Of a stretch of 64,000 bases of DNA, positions 58,176 through 64,000 are shown piece by piece; the stretch's first letter is position 1, and each line of letters opens with the position of its first letter. This DNA is from Schmidtea polychroa (Eukaryota). Position numbers and translations under genes: made by a program. A model generated the notes under the pieces. That model was not told the DNA's origin. It searched no databases and was given only the letters and a program-made list of their open reading frames with translations. The stretch lies in assembly GCA_044892525.1 (NCBI GenBank), contig CM097885.1:17858001-17922000 (forward strand), given 5' to 3'.

Positions 58176-59066
58176 TCTTGTTACAATATCCTTAATTATT
58201 TCCTATTATAAACAAAATACGAAGAGTAGTGAAAATATTTCAAAAGTCACCTACTGTTGAGGTCTGTAAATTAAAATTAAAAATTTAAATAAAATTTAGG
58301 ATAATAATTCAAATAGAAAGTAAGCTAAGAAAAAAAGACAAATAAAAGCGCGATCGTGCACAGAATCAATAGTAAAGGAAAGTGTGATGGAAACAGTATT
58401 AGAAAATGCAAAAAGCAATTACGAAAGGCGAGAATCCGGAAATCCGAGAAAAATCAATAAATGGAAAAATCATCGAAATCGAATGGGAAAAACGGGACAG
58501 GTATAGATTAGTTAATGGTCAACAAGATGATGGTTAGGGATTTATCAGAAAATGGTTAGGAAGGGTCGAAAAACATTCAAATGTATGAAAACAGAAAACG
58601 TTAATTAATTAATTAATTAATTAATCTTGTTACAATATCCTTAATTATTTCCTATTATAAACAAAATACGAAGAGTAGTGAAAATATTTCGAAAGTCACC
58701 TACTGTTGAGGTCTGTAAATTAAAATTAAAAATTTAAATAAAATTTAGGATAATAATTCAAATAGAAAGTAAGCTAAGAAAAAAAGACAAATAAAAGCGG
58801 GATCGTGCACAGAATCAATAGTAAAGGAAAGTGTGATGGAAACAGTATTAGAAAATGCAAAAAGCAATTACGAAAGGCGAGAATCCGGAAATCCGAGAAA
58901 AATCAATAAATGGAAAAATCATCGAAATCGAATGGGAAAAACGGGACAGGTATAGATTAGCTAATGGTCAACAAGATGATGGTTAGGGATTTATCAGAAA
59001 ATGGTTAGGAAGGGTCGAAAAACATTCAAATGTATGAAAACAGAAAACGTTAATTAATTAATTAAT
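58175..59066. repeat. Tandem duplication, 449 bp period
   Basis: 58175-58623 is repeated almost identically from 58624. Confidence 0.95.
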
Positions 59067-59764
59067 TGGCTAATGGAAAACCCGAGCTAATGAGAAACCC
59101 GAGCCAATGGAGAACCCGAGAGATAAAGGAAACCCGAGCTGGGTAAACAAGAAGAAAGGCAAACAGAAGGAAGATTTGGGCCCATTAGCTTGACACAATG
59201 ATTAATGGGAAAAGAGTAAGGAGAAGATAGCGCGCGTAGGAAGACCGGTAGGGTCATTAATTATCTGGATTCGTTGAACCATTATGGGTGACAGCCGAAG
59301 CAAACACGTAGGAGAAAATGTCAAACGAAAGATTGGCTCGGCAATAACCATTTGTCATCCTGATTTCGAGGAGTATATAAGCAAAGGGAAAATCAGAGAA
59401 AATCGGCATTTTGCCTCAGCTAGGGTTCGAAGAATCAGACTGTAGGAAAAGTTGGTAAACGAATTAGGGAAAGTAGGGAAAAGAAGAAATAGAATTAAGA
59501 GTACGGAAAGGTGAAAAGAAATCAAACCAAACAGAAACCGAGGAAAACGAGAGTCAAGAGAATCTGAAGGATTAAAAGGTGAATATTATTTGTTTGCAAA
59601 ACATCAACGCCGAGCAGAGAATCGTATAAAACTTTGATCAGTAATTGTAGCGTGATAATAAATTGTGAATCTGTTGTTTCAATATACGTTGGGTCATTCA
59701 TTGTTTTGATTTAAAGAACACAGGAGTCAGAGAGAACCGACTTGAAATAATTCAAAACCCAACA
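58628..59764. repeat. Putative solo LTR (about 1.14 kb)
   Basis: TGTTACAATATCC...AAACCCAACA termini (TGTT/AACA inverted); inverted homolog at 46899; no TSD. Confidence 0.55.
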
Positions 59765-60120
59765 CTACTAAAAATGATGACATTCTTCAAAAGCATGTCA
59801 TCAATGAATTTGGATCTGAAATTTCTTTAATATTGGATAGTAAAACCCGATGGAACAGCTTATTAGCTATGCTGGAACGTTTCTTCAAATTAAAATCCGT
59901 TGTGAGGAAAAGTTTATTAGACTTGAATGATTATATCAATTTTTCAGAAAATGAATTAAACATGGTTAATGAAATGATAAATGCATTGGAACCAATAAAA
60001 TTGGCAGTTGAATCTCTAGGCTCCTCATATTTTACATTAAGTGCTGATGTAACAGTCAAATTTATGTTTGATGAATTATATGAACAGAATACTGAGAACT
60101 CAGTGATAATAACAAACATA
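59765..60120 (+). mobile_element. hAT transposase internal fragment
   Basis: TKNDDILQKHV...LILDSKTRWNSLLAMLERF...LEPIKLAVESL. Confidence 0.85.
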
Positions 60121-61780
60121 TGAATTTATCCGTTGAGTTCATTTCTCCTTTTTTGTCGGCGACCCCAAAAGGGATCATAGCGGTTACCACAAGGAGTTGC
60201 GGTCTAGACAAGACTTATTATCGGAGTTCAAGTGACTAAGCGTGTTTCTTAGTCACATGGCCAATTGAAATCTCCATTCCAATTTTTTGTCGTTAAATGT
60301 ACATAAATGTACATCTAACTTGCTTCAGTCTAACCAGGTCCATGCACAAACGGATTCTACTATCTAGTACGACTCGAGGGTAGGATTTACTGAGTTCAGT
60401 TTTATACCAATTTGCATTTAGTGTAGTTCACTAGATATCCTCCCTCAATCATTGGGAAAAAAGAAACAAAGCATTCTCAAAGTGCCAGAGGTCAGCTCCC
60501 ATACGCAACAAAAGAGACACCAGGCACCGGCAGTCAACCACTATAAAGGGCACTAAGTATCCACTTCATAACAAAAACCCAATGGAGTACGAATACAGCA
60601 AACCAAGCAGAGCCCAGTTTATTATAGACATACGCCGTACCTCCTGTCGAGTTTCCTAACTGAGAGAACTAGATTTAACCCCAGTTCAATTACATGTACC
60701 AAAAACCCGGTACTATAACCGATCCTCTGAGGGATTCGGGACCTCGTTTCTGACGTTGACACCGATCTCCAGAACATATAATTTTTGCGAATTCTCAATC
60801 AGAAAACCTTGTTAGACTACTTTCATAGCCCTATACAGAAACCGATAGTCGGATTCCCTTAAATAAAACACACTCCCCACGCCAGATAATCTTGAGTAGT
60901 CCCAAAATCGTCCTTGCGGATGAAATACGATTGAGTGATTTATTTAATTTACTAGTTCCTGATGAATAGGTTACTCTACCCATCAGTTACTACCAGCAGA
61001 CCAGACTTGTACTAAGTGTACAGTACCTGTTAGAAAAATGTAATCAATCTTACTTAAATGTATACCGAATGGAATGGCACACAGACTGACCAACTCCTTA
61101 AAACGTTACGGTACAGACCTGGATTTATCTACCGGATCCCGAATTTCCTGAAGGTACTGCTGATGATCATTGAATGCTTACATTCTAGCACCAGAGCTCA
61201 TTAAAGCACCAACTGAAAAACTCCAGTTAACTCTCTTGGATACATTTTCATAGACTCAATTCGTAAACCGGTATCTACTACCCGGGATAGTTGAATAAAT
61301 TCCATCGGAAGATACCCTCATAAAAAACAGTTATGAGAAACACAAAATCTGGTATCACCAATTCATCAAAATCTAGAAAAACCCGGATTTTACCAGCAAA
61401 ACATTCTTAAATCCAGAGGACTCAAAAAATCTTGCGTAATTTATTCAGTATCCAATCTATATGATTCATTGGCTTTATCTTTCAGTTATCTCTCACCACA
61501 AGAGTTATACAGCTGGACCACCTAGGAGGCACATAAAACCCCGGCTTTGACTAAACTCCCCTTAGTTAAAAGGATCATAATTTAATCAACTCGTCTCAGT
61601 TAAGAGAGTCATGGTTACTTTAAGGTATCGCGATTTTTATCTTTTTCTATCTTATCGAACGCTTTTCTCAAAGGAGGTAAAACTCCCTCAAGACAGCTCA
61701 CTTTAAAGTACGATATACTAAAGAGCGCCCGGAATTAAATCAGATCTACTTAATCAGTTCATGCACGAGGCAATTGGCTA

Positions 61781-64000
61781 TTTTTTATTTATTTATTTAA
61801 TTTTTTTTAATGGGATATTAAACACTATTAAAGCAGTCAGATTATTACTCTAATAGTGCTGCTTCCAAGAGATCCGCGCTAACCTTCCTAATCCAAGTTC
61901 TCTTCTTTCTTCGAAATATTCCTTCTAATCTTCATTCTTTGGACTTCACTTCTCTCTCTTCCGCAAGTAGACTCTGGTCCCAAAATATTTTCCTAATCAC
62001 CATCTTCTTGGCAGGAGTGAGTCTACCCTATGGCTGTAGGATCCAGCCTTTGGGACAGCAGATTGTTTCAGATTTTTCATTTCTTTTCCTTCCTCGCTGT
62101 ATCCTCACCATACGGCACCATTTGGTATTGCCAAAGTACTTTCAGGATCTTGTAACCCATAGACACAGCTCCAGATATCTTTTTATTATCTGATTCAATG
62201 GTCATCCCCTCCGACCCCGCCAAATTTTACGTTCGAAATATCGTTCTCCTTTCTCTCCTTCCACCCTCTTTTGCCCAATTCCCCGCACAGTTCCGGTATG
62301 TGTAGAACATCTTTGCTGTCCAACTCAATACCTTAACTGACATGATTTTTCCATCCGCCTTACTTATTCCGATGCCTTTCAGCCTTTCCCATGATCCTTG
62401 ATACATATTTCCTCGCCAGTTAAAGGTGATCGAGCCAAACTCCACCGATGTTGCACCTCTCGCCTTGCATCACTCTTGAACATCCTCCACGTTGTACTTA
62501 ATGTATTTATTCTCATGCCTTTCCCGGAGATTCGCATGGTCTGTCACAATTTGAGTGTCGAGGACAATCGCTTTCGTCCCTCGAACACATACCAGGTGTG
62601 GTTTCAAACAGGTCGTACGAAACTTGATGATTGGCTCCACAAATCCAATCCATCCTCTCCAAGCTCTGCATGGCGTAGTTTGTAACGTTGTCATGTCTCA
62701 CAGATCGCATGTTCTTAACACACGGACAACTCTGTGATATGTGATTAAGACTTTCAGGTTGCCCATCACATCCTTTATCACACATCATTTCGTTTCCGAT
62801 CTTTCTACCTCCTCGACCTGTCCTTGTTTTCGTCTGGAACAGGTTGACCCTCACTTTGACGCAGCCAATAAATTACCATCTTACCATCTAGAAGCCTCGT
62901 CGTAGAATCCAATTATGAATAAAGGGAACTTCACTCGATCCGTTCAAGCCATAACCATCATTACTCTCGTACAGCCAATTCTTCATCGCTTCATAGTAGT
63001 CGTTTTTGGTCTTCATGTCTTGCCCATTAACTTTTATCGGTTTCCGACTTTTTCAGTCGTTTTAAGATCGCGGGGTGCTGCAGAAGATTAACAACACTTT
63101 GATCTCCCGAATCTACCAAACTCTCCAGTCGTTCTACGATCCCGTATTGGATTTCTGCTCTAATCGAAGGTATCCCCAGACCACCGTCCCCACACTTACT
63201 GTTGATAAACGCCGCCGTAGTGTCATTTGGCAGCTTCAGCCATTCCCGTACAAACCTTCTTGTTATCTTATCCAGTTCCCGCAATTCTCCTAACCTCGAC
63301 TGCCCCAATATCGCACGATGCATGATACTAGGGATCAAGAAACTACGAAGTATCTCCAGGCGCTGTTGCGGTTTAAGATGTGCTTTGGTAATTTCAAGCA
63401 ACTTCTCAACATAGGAAGTACCAATATTCGCTTTAACCTTCCCATGTGAGTTAAAATACACATCAAGGTATTTATAAGTTGAATCGGGGTCGGAGCTTAT
63501 ATGAGGCACGTTCCCATCATTGGTAGTCAGTACATCTGACGTAACGAACCACTTCTTATGGCCATCCCTCTGTGCCGTTATTGATGCACACTTAACTGGA
63601 TTGGGATCCAGTCCATTCCTTTTGATCTCTGCTAGGGCTACCTTCTTTACTCTCGGCACATAAGACGATATCGTCCGCATAAGCCAGAATCGGTACTTTC
63701 CTACCTCCAAGTCGGTACCCCATACCAGTTTTCTCCACTTCACCAATCGCTTGCTCAACAATGTTATTAAATAGGATCGATGAGAGTGGATCACCCTGTT
63801 TCACTCCGCGGTTCATCATTGCGGTTACTGTCCCGATCGTCGTAGACGTGCTAGTGTAGCAATTCTTGATATAGTTGACAAGAACCTTCGGGTATCTCTG
63901 AATCTTTGCACCTCTAATTATCAACTCATGGTTCACAGAGTCAAATGCTTTCCTCATTTTCCTTTCCTATAAACGCCAGAGATATAGGGCATCGTACAAC
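61781..64000 (-). mobile_element. R2-clade (RLE) non-LTR retrotransposon, 3' half, degenerate
   Basis: KAFDSV, GVKQGDPLS, AYADD, YKYL, LKPQQR, GGLGIP, CDKGC...ESLNHI...C, RHD, KP(H)L...D, K..KY; several frameshifts. A-rich tract at 61781-61810 may be the 3' end. Runs off the window. Confidence 0.92.

Noticed and set aside
60715..60780. Hammerhead-like motif on the minus strand (CTGGAGA...GAAAC...GTC)
   Set aside because: The core deviates from CUGAnGA and stems I and III cannot be formed. CTGATGA at about 60959 and 61160 lacks a following GAAA.

Overview
Very AT-rich eukaryotic genomic DNA, most consistent with a planarian flatworm (Schmidtea/Dugesia-like). This is an inference from base composition, long (AAT)n and (TA)n tracts and the transposon complement. 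Two host genes are supportable, both on the minus strand. One is an intact 3-exon enolase (35714-32757, 432 aa). The other is a C2H2 zinc-finger/AT-hook gene with two phase-compatible exons (29942-29655 and 3148-2374) about 26.5 kb apart, continuing off the left edge. Most of the remainder is transposable-element derived. It includes a full-length but inactivated Ty3/Gypsy element (3883-8913) inserted inside an (AAT)n microsatellite, with a readable PBS, PPT and -1 frameshift signal, and three degenerate Gypsy relics. There are several hAT, Merlin, piggyBac and Tc1/mariner non-autonomous elements with TIRs and TSDs, and a Helitron fragment. A GC-rich hAT transposase is split by a 3.8 kb insert carrying an orphan ORF, and the 3' half of an R2-clade non-LTR element lies outside rDNA. 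Less explained structure includes a family of LTR-like repeats sharing a CCCAACA terminus and a conserved splice-donor plus GACTGCCGAT module, and a concentric inverted arrangement at 38.2-43.5 kb.
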